Notes: generated by a model from the sequence alone, not told the origin. A stretch of DNA of 64,000 bases from an uncultured virus (IMG/VR IMGVR_UViG_3300020050_007563) (IMGVR_UViG_3300020050_007563), one strand, 5' to 3'. Shown: positions 34,695 through 45,833, counted from the first letter of the stretch. Made by a program: numbers and translations.

Positions 34695-37115
34695 ATCACC
34701 CGCTCCTCACATATCAGAAACTCTGAGGCCGAGTTGCTTGCACAGCTCGTGGGAGTAGGTATTCCCATCAGCGAATCCGACAAGCAGAAGGCAAGGATCT
34801 CGGGAATAGAGGTGGATGGGCCTCCTTCGGAGAAGGAAAGCCCCCTTTTGGATGGTCGCCAGCATCTGTGGCTGACTCCAGAGCAAGCCAAGGCTGCTCG
34901 TAATCGCTCAGAGAATCCACAGCCCAAGGCAGAATGCTATCTGGACCGCATACCAACGGATTGGAAGAAGGAGTGGGGCCAGAAGATCATCGCGAAGTCC
35001 GACTGGAGGCCTATGCGTCCAGACAAGCTCACAAAGGATCCAGAGTTCCGCAGGTTCATCAGCTCTCATATCCCGCGCTTCGATCGGATCATCGCCTACA
35101 AGCCTTTCTGGCTATACATCAAGCAGGCTCTCGACTGGCTGGATGAAGGGGTGCAGATCGGGGACTTTGAGGGGGAGGATGCCCGCCTATACGGGCTGGA
35201 GGAGATGGCTCGTATCAACGAGAACAAGTTGTACGGGGCCATTAAGTACGGATTCATCAAGGATGATACGCAGCCAGGAGGGTGGCGGAAGTACCACGCA
35301 TCTACCCCGCAAGCCCTTCTGTACTGGGCGATGGACTGTAATCTGAGTGGCGAACTCGGGAAGGGTCGTCAAGCCGCCATCACCAGCAGCATCATGCTGT
35401 ATGATGCCTTGACGATGCTTGTACGTTCAAGCTATAAGGGTGTGCTGGTGACGGACGACGTGGAGTTCACGGGCAAGTCCATCTTCGAGGAGAAGCTCAA
35501 GCAGACCATCGAGATGCTCATCCTGAAGAACCCATGGATGAAGCCCGGCGATCAGCCCAACTGGGGCGCCAAGAAGATCACTCACTCATGGGGAGGCGGG
35601 AAGAGTAAGTCCGAAAAGCGAACCTTCAGTAGTGACTTCACTCTCGCAGCCTCTAACGAGACCCAGACCATCAACGGAACAACCCCCTCGGTGGTTCGTT
35701 TTGATGAGTGTCAGAACATCCCGACCTATCAGGATATCAAACTGGAAGCTCGCCCCACCATGCTCTCCAACATCAATGGGGTGCTGGAGATCGTCCGGTC
35801 TCTCTGGGCATGGGGGACAGGTAGCCGCAAGCAGAGCGGAGGAGGCTCTTTCGAGAACGAGTACAAAGGGACGCTTCAGAAATGGCGGCTCGGGGATGAT
35901 ACATCCTCCTTCATCCCATTGTTCTTCGACAGGACGTGCCGCCCCGGCATCACTGACGAGGACTATCTGCGGGAGTACGAGTTCTACATGAGTCGTCAGG
36001 ACGACGGCATGGCTGGGATGACCAAGGAGGGCCGTATGGCTGTCTTCTTCTCGGCTTATCCGAACAAGCCCGAGGATATGTTCCTCACGAGCCATAAGCA
36101 CATTGTGCCAGCCCTGCTGATCTCAGAGGCGTGGGAACTCATCGAGAAATACTGTGGCTCCAAGGGGCTGCCGATCCCTGGAAGGTTCGAGCCCGTCTTC
36201 GCTCCGAACGAGCCGATGCCGGAGGGTTCGTGGTATCCACACAAGGTAGTGGGATCCAAATGGGTCACAATGGCTCCGGACGATCCGGATGCTCCTTGTA
36301 AGATGTTCCTCAACCGGCCCGAGGGCGAGAAGTGGGTTTATCGGTGGTCTCAAGGAACGGACCCCTGTGTTGTAGGATCCGGCTCATCTCTCTTCGCCTC
36401 AGCCATCTACGATGCCGCTGGGTTCTGGACCGAGGAGAATGGCATCAAGGTCTATCATCCGACAGTCGCGTGCATCCTCAACGACAGCAAGCCCAACATG
36501 GAGGAGTGCTTCGCCCAGTGTACACTCATGGGGATGTACTACCGGAACGACAACATGAAGGCGTGCCCTGAGTTGGTGGAGAATAACAGGGGTGGCGAGT
36601 ATCAGCGGTGGAAGATGTCCCCGCAGTTCAACCTCTCCGAGAGCCTCATCTACCGGGCACAACTCCCCCAGAAGTACCAAGGAGGTGGGCACCAGTACGG
36701 TATCGAGATCCGCAACAACTCCAAGGGGTCCAGCAAGACCGAACTCTTCTTTGACATCGTGGCGTTCGTCCGCTCCATGGGTCCGCGCAAGGACCCCACC
36801 GGTCGCAGCCAACTGGATGGTCAGCGGATCATGAACATCTGGTTCTACGACTACTGGACTCAGCTCTACAATATCGAGGTGGAGGAGAAGGCCAACCAGT
36901 CCGTCCAGTTCGGAACCCGCAACAAGAACGCCTTCAACGACGACCTTGTGTACGCGGTTCAGTACTCTTTCATCGCTTCTCAAGTGGTGAACCAACTCCC
37001 GCTCAAGCTCGATGCGGTGAACCCAGAATACCGGTGGGTGGAGGTGCAGAAGCTCAACACGCGCACCCTGGAGCCATATCATGTCATGGAGCGCCAACCC
37101 GTAATGTACGTCTGA
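34638..37115 (+). CDS. terL: terminase large subunit (start uncertain)
   Basis: Walker A-like KGRQAAITS, Walker B VVRFDE, WGTG coupling motif, nuclease GTDP...ENN...NDDLV; upstream of the portal. Confidence 0.85.
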   Translation: MAEIVPSNSHLLDTSYIRPITRSSHIRNSEAELLAQLVGVGIPISESDKQKARISGIEVDGPPSEKESPLLDGRQHLWLTPEQAKAARNRSENPQPKAECYLDRIPTDWKKEWGQKIIAKSDWRPMRPDKLTKDPEFRRFISSHIPRFDRIIAYKPFWLYIKQALDWLDEGVQIGDFEGEDARLYGLEEMARINENKLYGAIKYGFIKDDTQPGGWRKYHASTPQALLYWAMDCNLSGELGKGRQAAITSSIMLYDALTMLVRSSYKGVLVTDDVEFTGKSIFEEKLKQTIEMLILKNPWMKPGDQPNWGAKKITHSWGGGKSKSEKRTFSSDFTLAASNETQTINGTTPSVVRFDECQNIPTYQDIKLEARPTMLSNINGVLEIVRSLWAWGTGSRKQSGGGSFENEYKGTLQKWRLGDDTSSFIPLFFDRTCRPGITDEDYLREYEFYMSRQDDGMAGMTKEGRMAVFFSAYPNKPEDMFLTSHKHIVPALLISEAWELIEKYCGSKGLPIPGRFEPVFAPNEPMPEGSWYPHKVVGSKWVTMAPDDPDAPCKMFLNRPEGEKWVYRWSQGTDPCVVGSGSSLFASAIYDAAGFWTEENGIKVYHPTVACILNDSKPNMEECFAQCTLMGMYYRNDNMKACPELVENNRGGEYQRWKMSPQFNLSESLIYRAQLPQKYQGGGHQYGIEIRNNSKGSSKTELFFDIVAFVRSMGPRKDPTGRSQLDGQRIMNIWFYDYWTQLYNIEVEEKANQSVQFGTRNKNAFNDDLVYAVQYSFIASQVVNQLPLKLDAVNPEYRWVEVQKLNTRTLEPYHVMERQPVMYV

Positions 37116-37717
37116 TGCCTATCGAGGATGTTTCCGAACAGATCCTACTGGACCTCATCCAGAAGGATTATGTCATCTATGCCCTGAAGAGCGCCAAGCA
37201 ACTCAAGCGGGAGTATAAGGAGTTGGACGACCATCAGGAGTTCAAGTCCCTGACCTCTCAGGATCTCGTGTTCGTGTGGTGGTTCGCGTGTCGTTGCTCG
37301 CCCGCCGCCGAACTCCCCGAGGAGAAGCGCGTTCTCGTTGCTTGCGACAAGGCATTCACCAAGAGTAAGCAGCAGGCCGAGGCTCGAAAGGCCGAGTACG
37401 GAACCCTGAGCTTCCCCGACCCCATCAAGGCCGCCATCAAGGTCATGGAGAGATTCGACCCTGGCGGTCGCATCTCAGCCATGGCGGACGAACTACATCT
37501 CTTGAGCCAGATGCAGCACATCATGCGCAAGGACATCAGCGGCGCCGATATGGCCGAAGTGACCGAGTGGATGAAGGCAGTAGCCTCGGCCCGCAAGATC
37601 CGTGACGAGATCCTGACCCGCATCGAGAGGGGCGGAATGGGGGTTGAAGAGTCGGGCAATACCCTACCGGTGAATCTGGAGGGCCTATCGAGTGACTTCA
37701 TGAAAAGCCAGATCTGA
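37115..37717 (+). CDS. conserved phage protein between terminase and portal
   Basis: Coupled start; helical. Confidence 0.65.
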   Translation: MPIEDVSEQILLDLIQKDYVIYALKSAKQLKREYKELDDHQEFKSLTSQDLVFVWWFACRCSPAAELPEEKRVLVACDKAFTKSKQQAEARKAEYGTLSFPDPIKAAIKVMERFDPGGRISAMADELHLLSQMQHIMRKDISGADMAEVTEWMKAVASARKIRDEILTRIERGGMGVEESGNTLPVNLEGLSSDFMKSQI

Positions 37718-37719
37718 CC

Positions 37720-40098
37720 ATGTGGCCGAATACGAACCTGAACTGGCCTTGGCTGTTCAATACAAGTGCTACGCGACCATTCCGCACCATTCCGTGGGAG
37801 CAGAAGGGGGAGCTGTACGACAACCAATGCCTACGCTTCTACTTGTCGAGCGTCCGCCAGCCCCAGCGGGAGTTCTACCTCAGTGAGTACGCGCAGAACC
37901 TCTCTTACGTCTCCAACGACGTATCCTCGTGGGGTAGTGCTGCTCAGATCCGCGAGTTTATCGGAGACGAGAACATGCCCACGGGTCGCCTTCCGTGGCG
38001 TAGGGCTGTCATGCAGCCGATGCACACCCGTCTCGTGGGGGCTGCCGACAACATCAGCGTATCAGCCAAGGCTGTCTCATGGACCTCTAATGTGGCTGTC
38101 CGGAAAGAGACCGCCCTTTACGATAGGCTCCTGAAGACCCAGGCCGCAGCCATGGGCGGACCTCTCGCGGAGGCGATGGCGGCTCAAGGCGTTGGGATGG
38201 ATGAGGACGCGGAGCGGGATCGCTTCGAGAACCTCTGGACAGATCCCTACGAGCGGGCGATGACCAACTTGGTCCTCGCTATGGGAGAGCACCAGAAGCT
38301 CGCTCGGATGCAACGCAAGGCCGCAAGCAATCTAGCCCTCTCGGGCGTGTGTGCGGTCCACCAATTCGCCAACGGCAACAACATCGAGGCTGAACTCTGC
38401 GAGCCCCACGAGGTGGGCTGGGATACGGACGCCATCCGACCAGACTTCTCCGATGGCGAATACTGCTACCACATGCGTCCGATGGATGTAGCGGCTCTCG
38501 CCGAGCAGTACCAGCCATCGAAGGACACCCTGATCCTGCTGGAGCAGTGGGCGAACATGCCCAACACGTCCGCTCCGGCAAATGCCTCATGGGGATGGCC
38601 GATGCAGAAACCTCTGGTGGTGACGTGCTACTTCAAGGATATACGCACCATCGAGCGTGGGTTTGTCCTCAAGGACGGCGAGCCCCACTACTGCACGATC
38701 AACATCGCTGGTCCGGACGGGAAGGTCGAGTACACCGATGCGGACCTCATCGACCCTCCTATGAACCAGTGGACCTCCACTTGGACTAACATGGAGATCA
38801 AGATGCGCAAGCAGGTCAAAGAGGTTCAGCGCCTCCGGTACTGCTCCGTCATTCCATGGGAGTACATGCCCGCTTCACTGACGAAATACTCCGGCGTTAA
38901 GGGCCAGAAGATCGAGCCATTCAAGAGCCGTTCCGAGACCCTGAAACTGGACGTGAATGGCCAAAAGATCCTCCAGACGCTCTCTCCGACCGGGGACCTC
39001 ATCCTCGATAATGGGGAGTATGAACTCCAGGAGTACGATCCGGACGACAAGTACCATGTGGCTCTCCCTATCAAGTTCGGATCGTGGATGTACCTGAACG
39101 GCCTCCCCATCGCCCCCCTGTCCTGTATCCGGGACATCCAAGGGATGATGAACGCCGTGCTCAGTGACATGATGATGCGAATGAGTCGCGCCGAGATGCC
39201 AACGACCGTGTTCGATAACGACTCCCTCGTGGCGGCTGGTATCAGTTCGGATCAGGCGGTCAGAAACCTGAAGGTCGGACGCGCATTCGGGATCAAGTCG
39301 ATGCTCGTGGGTGGTGTCAACCAAGCTATCAAGACTACCGAGACGGGGTTAGGGGCGGACTTCTACCAGCGATTCACGATCATTGACCGCCTCTACCAGA
39401 TGGCGCAGGACGCCACGGGAATATACGACCAGAACTTCGGTGCTCCGGGCTCCGAGGATATGCTCGTGCGGGTCAAGGAGATGCAGAGCCGCCAGAGCGG
39501 TATCATGCTGACCCCGTTCTACGCGGCCCTTGGAGACCTCTTTGAGCAGGTCAACCAAGGGAATGCACAAGCCGGGAAGATCTTCTTCTCCTCGCGCCCA
39601 TGGGCTCTCAATCAGATGGTGGGAGACGAGGGTGAACGCATCATTCTTCTGAGCAAGGGAATGACGGACGAGCAGTTCCGTGTGAAGATCAAGCTCACTA
39701 CGGATACTGAGCAGCAACAGCGCGACGTGGAGACGGCCATCTTCCAGCAAGGCGGCTACTTGGATCGCGGGCTGTTGGATGCGCGTGAAGCAGCCAAGCT
39801 ACTCGCCTCCGGAGCCCTTATGGATGAGATGAAAGAAGGGGCCGCCCGCTTCACAAAGCGTATGCAAGAGGCTCAGAAGATGCAAGCCGAGCAGCAGCAG
39901 CAGGCCATGCAGGCACAGACCATGGCTGCCGCAGATGCCGAACTCTCAGAGCGCGAGATGGAGCTATCCAAGATGGGCGTGGATGCTGGATTGAAACAGC
40001 AGCAGATACAGGCAAAGGCAATGACCCCTGTGGTCTCGGCTCTCTCGAAGAATCTGGAACCAATGGAGAAGTCCGCAACGCTGGATGTAAACGTCTGA
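37720..40098 (+). CDS. portal protein
   Basis: 792 aa; position after terminase; Q-rich coiled C-terminus as in P22/crAss-type portals. Confidence 0.8.
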   Translation: MWPNTNLNWPWLFNTSATRPFRTIPWEQKGELYDNQCLRFYLSSVRQPQREFYLSEYAQNLSYVSNDVSSWGSAAQIREFIGDENMPTGRLPWRRAVMQPMHTRLVGAADNISVSAKAVSWTSNVAVRKETALYDRLLKTQAAAMGGPLAEAMAAQGVGMDEDAERDRFENLWTDPYERAMTNLVLAMGEHQKLARMQRKAASNLALSGVCAVHQFANGNNIEAELCEPHEVGWDTDAIRPDFSDGEYCYHMRPMDVAALAEQYQPSKDTLILLEQWANMPNTSAPANASWGWPMQKPLVVTCYFKDIRTIERGFVLKDGEPHYCTINIAGPDGKVEYTDADLIDPPMNQWTSTWTNMEIKMRKQVKEVQRLRYCSVIPWEYMPASLTKYSGVKGQKIEPFKSRSETLKLDVNGQKILQTLSPTGDLILDNGEYELQEYDPDDKYHVALPIKFGSWMYLNGLPIAPLSCIRDIQGMMNAVLSDMMMRMSRAEMPTTVFDNDSLVAAGISSDQAVRNLKVGRAFGIKSMLVGGVNQAIKTTETGLGADFYQRFTIIDRLYQMAQDATGIYDQNFGAPGSEDMLVRVKEMQSRQSGIMLTPFYAALGDLFEQVNQGNAQAGKIFFSSRPWALNQMVGDEGERIILLSKGMTDEQFRVKIKLTTDTEQQQRDVETAIFQQGGYLDRGLLDAREAAKLLASGALMDEMKEGAARFTKRMQEAQKMQAEQQQQAMQAQTMAAADAELSEREMELSKMGVDAGLKQQQIQAKAMTPVVSALSKNLEPMEKSATLDVNV

Positions 40099-40159
40099 TA
40101 AGCAGAAATAAAGACATACAGCAAACGCTTATCAACGGATAACGCATATACTTGCGACC

Positions 40160-41260
40160 ATGAGCACAGAAACAGCAACTCCTCCCGCACAGGCGGACCC
40201 CTATCTGGCCGTGATGGCGCAGGTCGTGGGCAATAAGTTCGACCCACAAGCGCATCAATCGCAGAGCGAGCAACCGCCTGCGCAAGAGCAGCCTCCAGCA
40301 CAAGAGACGACACCACCTCCAGTGGAGACGGCGCCACCAGTGGTGGAGGCCGTGGATCCCCTACTGGCTGCGCTGACACAAGGGGATCAGATCCCCACTT
40401 GGGGTGATGAGGCCAAGAATCTCTTCAAGACCACCTTCGGCGTGGATGACCCACTGGCCTACAAGACCCAAGTGGAGGAGATCCGCTCGAAGCATACACT
40501 GCTGGAGCAGGAACTGACCCAGAGCCGTGGTATCGCCGAGGCCCTCAAGCGTATCGAGGAGCAGAGCCCGGCTATGCACGCTGCCATCTTGGAGGAACTC
40601 GAAGGTCGTAGTGGTCTGGAGTACATCTCCAAGCAGGGTGATGTACGCATTGTGGGCAAGCAAGCCTCCGAACTCTCCGATGAGGTTCTCATGAAGACCT
40701 ACCTCGGGGACAAGTTCACTGAGGAGGAGTGGAATGCGTACCGCACGGGCGACTACACATCAGTGGGGGTGGACGAAGACACGATGAAGGCCAAGATGAA
40801 AGTCCTTCGTCCGGCTGCCGAACACCTGCACTCCCAGCGTAACGAGCAGTACACCAATACGATCCGCTCACGCGAGCAAGCCCGCCTGAAGATCGTTGAG
40901 CAGGATCGGAATGTGAGGGCTCAGGCCATTGTTGCGGCCAACGAGGATCCCTTTACTAAGCCACACATCACCAAAGAAGTCATTGAGTCGTTCCAGAACG
41001 GGACGCTCTTTCACGGAACGTTCCTTTCACAAGAAGGCACCTTACATCCCAATGCGATCAAAGCGGCGGTCAAAGCACAGCGTTACGATGGTGACGTGAA
41101 GCGGGCACTGGAGCTGGGAGAGCAGCGCGGGTATCAGCGTGGCTTACAAGAGGGGACCGCTCAAATGCCCAATGCCCGACCGCTATCACGTGCCGGTAAT
41201 CCACCCGCTCAGTCGGAGGGAGATCCGTGGCTCGCGACAATCGGAAGAGCCCTGAAGTAA
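40160..41260 (+). CDS. capsid scaffolding protein
   Basis: Acidic, Pro-rich N-terminus; lies between portal and capsid; leaderless after TATACTTG. Confidence 0.7.
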   Translation: MSTETATPPAQADPYLAVMAQVVGNKFDPQAHQSQSEQPPAQEQPPAQETTPPPVETAPPVVEAVDPLLAALTQGDQIPTWGDEAKNLFKTTFGVDDPLAYKTQVEEIRSKHTLLEQELTQSRGIAEALKRIEEQSPAMHAAILEELEGRSGLEYISKQGDVRIVGKQASELSDEVLMKTYLGDKFTEEEWNAYRTGDYTSVGVDEDTMKAKMKVLRPAAEHLHSQRNEQYTNTIRSREQARLKIVEQDRNVRAQAIVAANEDPFTKPHITKEVIESFQNGTLFHGTFLSQEGTLHPNAIKAAVKAQRYDGDVKRALELGEQRGYQRGLQEGTAQMPNARPLSRAGNPPAQSEGDPWLATIGRALK

Positions 41261-41281
41261 CCAACCAAGTAACATCCCCAA

Positions 41282-42550
41282 ATGGCAACGCAAGCCACAA
41301 CCCTCAATACGGCGTTACAGAACTCGCCGGTAAACTTCTACAATACGACTGCCCCCGGCAGCCCGTATGGCACCACGTTCAGCGCAACCTCAACCCTGCT
41401 GCTGGCGAACGACATCGCTCCGGAGATCATCGAGAGCTTCCCGAAGACCTTCACGGACATCGCCTTCATGCTCTCCTTGCCACAGGAGTCCACCAAGAAC
41501 CTGGAGTTCCAGTGGCCCGAAATGCCCTACTTGGTTGCTCCGCTGGTAGCGGGCGCTGGTGGTGCTGGTGGTGCATCTCCGCAGGTGTACGGCCTGACCG
41601 CAGCCACGGTCGGCTTCGTCGGCCTGAATGACAAGGTGCTGTTCCCTTCTGGCGTCCAGGGCGTGGTGACGGCCATCTCCGGCAACAACATCACCGTGAC
41701 CTCCTACAACAGCGCCGCACTGCCTGCGCTGGCTGCTGGCGCGATCCTCGGTAACCGTGGTCCTGCTACGGCGGACGGCGTGAGCGACATCCCCTACGTG
41801 ATGCGTGCGCAGATCGCTGGCTTCAACAACATCCTGGAAGATGTTGGCCCTGTTGCGCTACGCTTCGACCCCAAGGAGATGCGTCAGTGGGAGCTTTCCG
41901 GCACCACGGATTACGTGACCAAGCAAATGAAGGCTGTGAACCAGCGCTTCTTGATCGGCCTGAACCAGACCATCTGGATGAGCCGCTACGGTCGCACCAC
42001 CCTCACGGGCTCCCAGACCGCCACTGCAACCTCTGGCATTCTGGAGCAGCAGGCCAACAACGGCGTTCCGAACCTGACCTGCACACCCGCGACCTTCATG
42101 GATGTGATGCGCAACGTGATCTTCGATACGGCCCTCACGGGTAGCTCGGAGCGTGTAGTGTTCGCGCCCCGCCGCATCCTGAACCTGATCGGAACCGCTC
42201 AAAAGGCCGACAAGGTGCGCTATACGCCCGCCGACAGCCGCTGGGATCTGGATATTTACGAGTATGAGTTCTTCGGCCACAAGCTGATCCTCGTGCCTAC
42301 GGACCAGTGGGAAGATGTCGGCTCCTACGGGAACATCATGCGCAACCAAGTGGTGATGCTCAACAAGAGCGATCTGAAGCTGCGTCACTTGGACGGATTC
42401 CCCATCATCCACCAGAAGTACGAGCTGCTGAACCGCGACAACGCGAACCCCGGCAACCTCTTCAACTTCAAGTTGATGTACTGGACCGGCAACGTCGGCG
42501 TCCAGCTGGAGCGTGCCTGGGCGACCGGTCGCTTCACGGTGAACTTCTAA
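41282..42550 (+). CDS. major capsid protein
   Basis: 422 aa after the scaffold; EFQWPE and TSGILEQ HK97-like motifs; strong codon bias. Confidence 0.8.
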   Translation: MATQATTLNTALQNSPVNFYNTTAPGSPYGTTFSATSTLLLANDIAPEIIESFPKTFTDIAFMLSLPQESTKNLEFQWPEMPYLVAPLVAGAGGAGGASPQVYGLTAATVGFVGLNDKVLFPSGVQGVVTAISGNNITVTSYNSAALPALAAGAILGNRGPATADGVSDIPYVMRAQIAGFNNILEDVGPVALRFDPKEMRQWELSGTTDYVTKQMKAVNQRFLIGLNQTIWMSRYGRTTLTGSQTATATSGILEQQANNGVPNLTCTPATFMDVMRNVIFDTALTGSSERVVFAPRRILNLIGTAQKADKVRYTPADSRWDLDIYEYEFFGHKLILVPTDQWEDVGSYGNIMRNQVVMLNKSDLKLRHLDGFPIIHQKYELLNRDNANPGNLFNFKLMYWTGNVGVQLERAWATGRFTVNF

Positions 42551-42614
42551 GAACAACCTGTGGTAAAGGCCCCCGGAGTAGTGTCCGGGGGCTACGCCCG
42601 CAAACAACCAACAC

Positions 42615-43553
42615 ATGAGCCTCGATCAAGGATATTGGAAGAACAAGTTCATCACGGACTTGAAGAAGTGGGGAGTCGAGATCCCCGAGAGCGCGACATA
42701 CGACCAGATCAAGTCGCTGCACAAGAATAGCCGCGCTGCCAACAAGGCCCCCAAAGAGCCAAGGGCCCCGAAGCCTGCAAAGGCCCCGGCGACGCACGGC
42801 TCACAGGCGCTGGAAGCCGACACTATCCAAGAACTGAAGGAGATGGTGGCAATCCTGATGGCCGAGCGCAACACGAAGCCCGCCCAGAATTTCGGCGACA
42901 CCGCCGCCATGAAGGAGCTTCTGCTTGCGGTGAAGGAAGGTAATACGGATGCTCGTGGGATGCTCAGGGCTGGCTACATCCCTCCGGACGACATCATCCC
43001 GACGGTGAAGTTCTTCGCCCCGTTCCACCACTACTACATCCCCTCGAAACCTAACGGCGCTGTGCATGAGCCTGTCCCGCTGAATATCCCGATGCTGTCC
43101 TTCAAGCCGCAGTTTGAAGCCATCGTGAGGACCGGTGACATGAAAGGTCGTAAGTTCGTCTCGACGCTCGAAGTGAACAGCCGCACAGTCTATAAGTGGC
43201 TCACAGGCAAGGACCTGGACGGAACTCCGGCAGGAGCACCACACTCGGATTTCAACAGGTCTTTCTACCTGGACATCAACGGAGCCATCGAGAGCAGTGA
43301 TGTTTCCCTGTGGGCACAGTCCTATCAGCGTCATCAGCACGAACTAGGATCACTGACATTCGGAGACCTGACAGCACTGGTCAAGCAGCAATATCCGAAT
43401 ATCCCCGTGGGCGCACACACGGCCCCTGACGCCCTGCGCAGTGCAGTCGCCAAGGAGATGACCGATGAAGAGTTCTCCTCCATGAACCAGCGCCTGATGG
43501 AGAACCTTCAGGCTCGCAATGCCGGACAACTCATCGTAGGCCAAAACGCATGA
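42615..43553 (+). CDS. phage structural/auxiliary protein
   Basis: Follows the capsid gene; HeH/LEM-like N-terminus (LKKWGVEIPESAT). Confidence 0.55.
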   Translation: MSLDQGYWKNKFITDLKKWGVEIPESATYDQIKSLHKNSRAANKAPKEPRAPKPAKAPATHGSQALEADTIQELKEMVAILMAERNTKPAQNFGDTAAMKELLLAVKEGNTDARGMLRAGYIPPDDIIPTVKFFAPFHHYYIPSKPNGAVHEPVPLNIPMLSFKPQFEAIVRTGDMKGRKFVSTLEVNSRTVYKWLTGKDLDGTPAGAPHSDFNRSFYLDINGAIESSDVSLWAQSYQRHQHELGSLTFGDLTALVKQQYPNIPVGAHTAPDALRSAVAKEMTDEEFSSMNQRLMENLQARNAGQLIVGQNA

Positions 43554-43561
43554 ACTGAGCC

Positions 43562-44335
43562 GTGATCACCATACCTGAGCTGGATCAATTTGTTGATACT
43601 CAACTGGATTCAGTTGGGTCACAGCGCTACCTCTTTGAACAGAACAAGGTGCCGTGTTACAACGCGGCGCTCTCTCGGGCGATCACGGCGTGCAACTGGG
43701 CCCTGGCTAATCGGAAAGGTTCCGAAGAGGCTCTCTGGGAGCTGAAGGAGGACCGCGTGTTCCAGTCCAACATCCAAGGAGGGCTGGCGATCAATGATGC
43801 AGTACCGTCCCTTGGGCATACCCTGTGGACGGTACTTGCCATCTACGCAGAGCCCGAGACGAGCCCCCCTGTCACGGTAGTGTCGGGGCAGTCTCAGCAG
43901 ACAGTCTTGCTGAATGTGGTCCCGAAGGGGTCATCCTTCCCTGTCCAGCGCATGACCGCAGAGCAAGTCGCGGTAGCCCGCACGAACTCCTTCATGTCCG
44001 GCAATGAGGTGCTGGCTGGCGGACCCATGCGTACTTACGGGTACTACTACATGGGGTCGAGGACGAACTCCCAACTCGTCATTCAGGCCACGCAAGGAGA
44101 GTTGTTCATTACTCCGGTCTCGCTGGCGAGCCGAAAGCCGTTCTGGGTCAGCTACCTTCGGACCCCGGATCAGATCGTCACGGTTGACGACACGATCGAC
44201 CTCCCCAAAAGCATGACCATCACGCTTGCGAACTGGGCTCTCCAGTACCTCTCCACGAAGATGGGTGACGGCACGACACTCCATTCCACTTCGGAGAAGG
44301 ATGCCGCCGAACTCTTCAACATGGCTACGCGATGA
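43562..44335 (+). CDS. putative head-tail adaptor / ring protein
   Basis: YLRTP...IDLP...LAN.A pattern; first of three similar-sized genes. Confidence 0.6.
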   Translation: MITIPELDQFVDTQLDSVGSQRYLFEQNKVPCYNAALSRAITACNWALANRKGSEEALWELKEDRVFQSNIQGGLAINDAVPSLGHTLWTVLAIYAEPETSPPVTVVSGQSQQTVLLNVVPKGSSFPVQRMTAEQVAVARTNSFMSGNEVLAGGPMRTYGYYYMGSRTNSQLVIQATQGELFITPVSLASRKPFWVSYLRTPDQIVTVDDTIDLPKSMTITLANWALQYLSTKMGDGTTLHSTSEKDAAELFNMATR

Positions 44336-45063
44336 CCATACTGCAACTCGCGGATAGTGTCGCCGTGGAGCTGGGTTTTGCTCACGACGATGCTCGCCTG
44401 AACAGAACCTCGATGCTGTTCAACGCCAAGTTGGCCGTTGATAAGATCAAGGGCCGAATGCTCTCCAAGGACTACATGGGCGACATCCGCCAGTCCTCGG
44501 ATATGCTTCAGACGGCGATGGTGGATGTGGTGATCCATGAGGCCGACAACGTGATCCCGTGGGATTGCATGTACTTCGACCTACCGGCGGAACTCTACTC
44601 CCTTCCTTACGACGGGGGGCTTGCGTGGGTCCGCTATCTGCGGAACAATCTCCCTCCGAACTGCACGCCCCAGATCGCTCGGGTTCCATTCAGCCACACG
44701 ACACTAGGCTCCCTGAGCGCCCTCTATGGGATGGCCTATCAGGCCCCTTCCGCGGCCTCTCCCTATGTTGCCAGGGACAAGTATCGGGTCTATGTGTTCG
44801 GGGTGGATAGGCAGATCAAGACACTCCACGTGGGATTCTTCGCTGCCCTCCCCAATCTGGAGAACATGGACCCGAACGAGCAGATAGACCTACCGCCGGA
44901 GTATCTGATGGCGGCAAAAAAGCTCATTCTGGATGCGAGTCGGTTCTCGCTTCAGCTTCCGGAGCGACTCCGTAACGACGGTCGCGACCTCGACCCCGAC
45001 CAGCCTCTGCGCACCGAGCGTCCTGTATCCGTCAACGACCCTCTCAACATTGAGCAACTATGA
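44332..45063 (+). CDS. putative tail ring protein
   Basis: Ends IDLPPEY; coupled. Confidence 0.55.
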   Translation: MTILQLADSVAVELGFAHDDARLNRTSMLFNAKLAVDKIKGRMLSKDYMGDIRQSSDMLQTAMVDVVIHEADNVIPWDCMYFDLPAELYSLPYDGGLAWVRYLRNNLPPNCTPQIARVPFSHTTLGSLSALYGMAYQAPSAASPYVARDKYRVYVFGVDRQIKTLHVGFFAALPNLENMDPNEQIDLPPEYLMAAKKLILDASRFSLQLPERLRNDGRDLDPDQPLRTERPVSVNDPLNIEQL

Positions 45064-45830
45064 TCACCGGAGGAACATACGTACCGGTATCGCAGGTCAT
45101 TGGGGATGCAGCGATTGAACTAGGGGATCCGGAGTTCAGGAAGTACACCTATCCGGCCTATGTCAGCGCCGCTCAACGAGCGCTCTCTCGACTCTTTCAT
45201 GATGTGCCAGCGGATATTCGTCACTTCGAGGCCGATATCACCCCGACTCTGATCATTGATCTCCCGTGGGGGATGACCGAGAAGAGCCTCGCTTGTGTCT
45301 ACAATGGGGATCAATGCGACTTCGTGAACGTCCAGAACCTATTCATAAAGCCCCATATGTGGCATTCTGGAGGTCAGGGCTATGTAGCGAACAATGTCGG
45401 CTACGGGGCTGATCTCGTTGGTCCTCTAGCGTGGAACTGCCCATACCCGCAACAGTGGATATACTTCGCCGGAGAGAGTAATGGAAAGCTATACTTGAGC
45501 CAGTCCTGCTCAGGATTCCAGAAGGTCCACATCACCTACTCCGGCCTTGGGATCGACTGTCTCGGCGATGAGTTCCAAATACCAGAGTGGGCTCGGGAGG
45601 CTATCGCTGACATGGTGATGCTCAGGGCTGCAAAGGCTCTGAAGAAGATCGCCGTGGACAAGGATCGCCAGGACTACATGGACATCATCCGCGACAAGGA
45701 GCAGGCCACTGCGATCACGAACCCGAACGGAACATGGTTGCAGGCGCTCGGATACTGGGGGAGGATGGGGGAGAAGGAGCGGATGGATGTGTGGTCGTCT
45801 ACAACTTGGTTGGGGTACCCTCCATACTGA
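45060..45830 (+). CDS. putative tail ring protein
   Basis: VHITYSG...IPEWAREAI; coupled. Confidence 0.55.
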   Translation: MITGGTYVPVSQVIGDAAIELGDPEFRKYTYPAYVSAAQRALSRLFHDVPADIRHFEADITPTLIIDLPWGMTEKSLACVYNGDQCDFVNVQNLFIKPHMWHSGGQGYVANNVGYGADLVGPLAWNCPYPQQWIYFAGESNGKLYLSQSCSGFQKVHITYSGLGIDCLGDEFQIPEWAREAIADMVMLRAAKALKKIAVDKDRQDYMDIIRDKEQATAITNPNGTWLQALGYWGRMGEKERMDVWSSTTWLGYPPY

Positions 45831-45833
45831 TCA

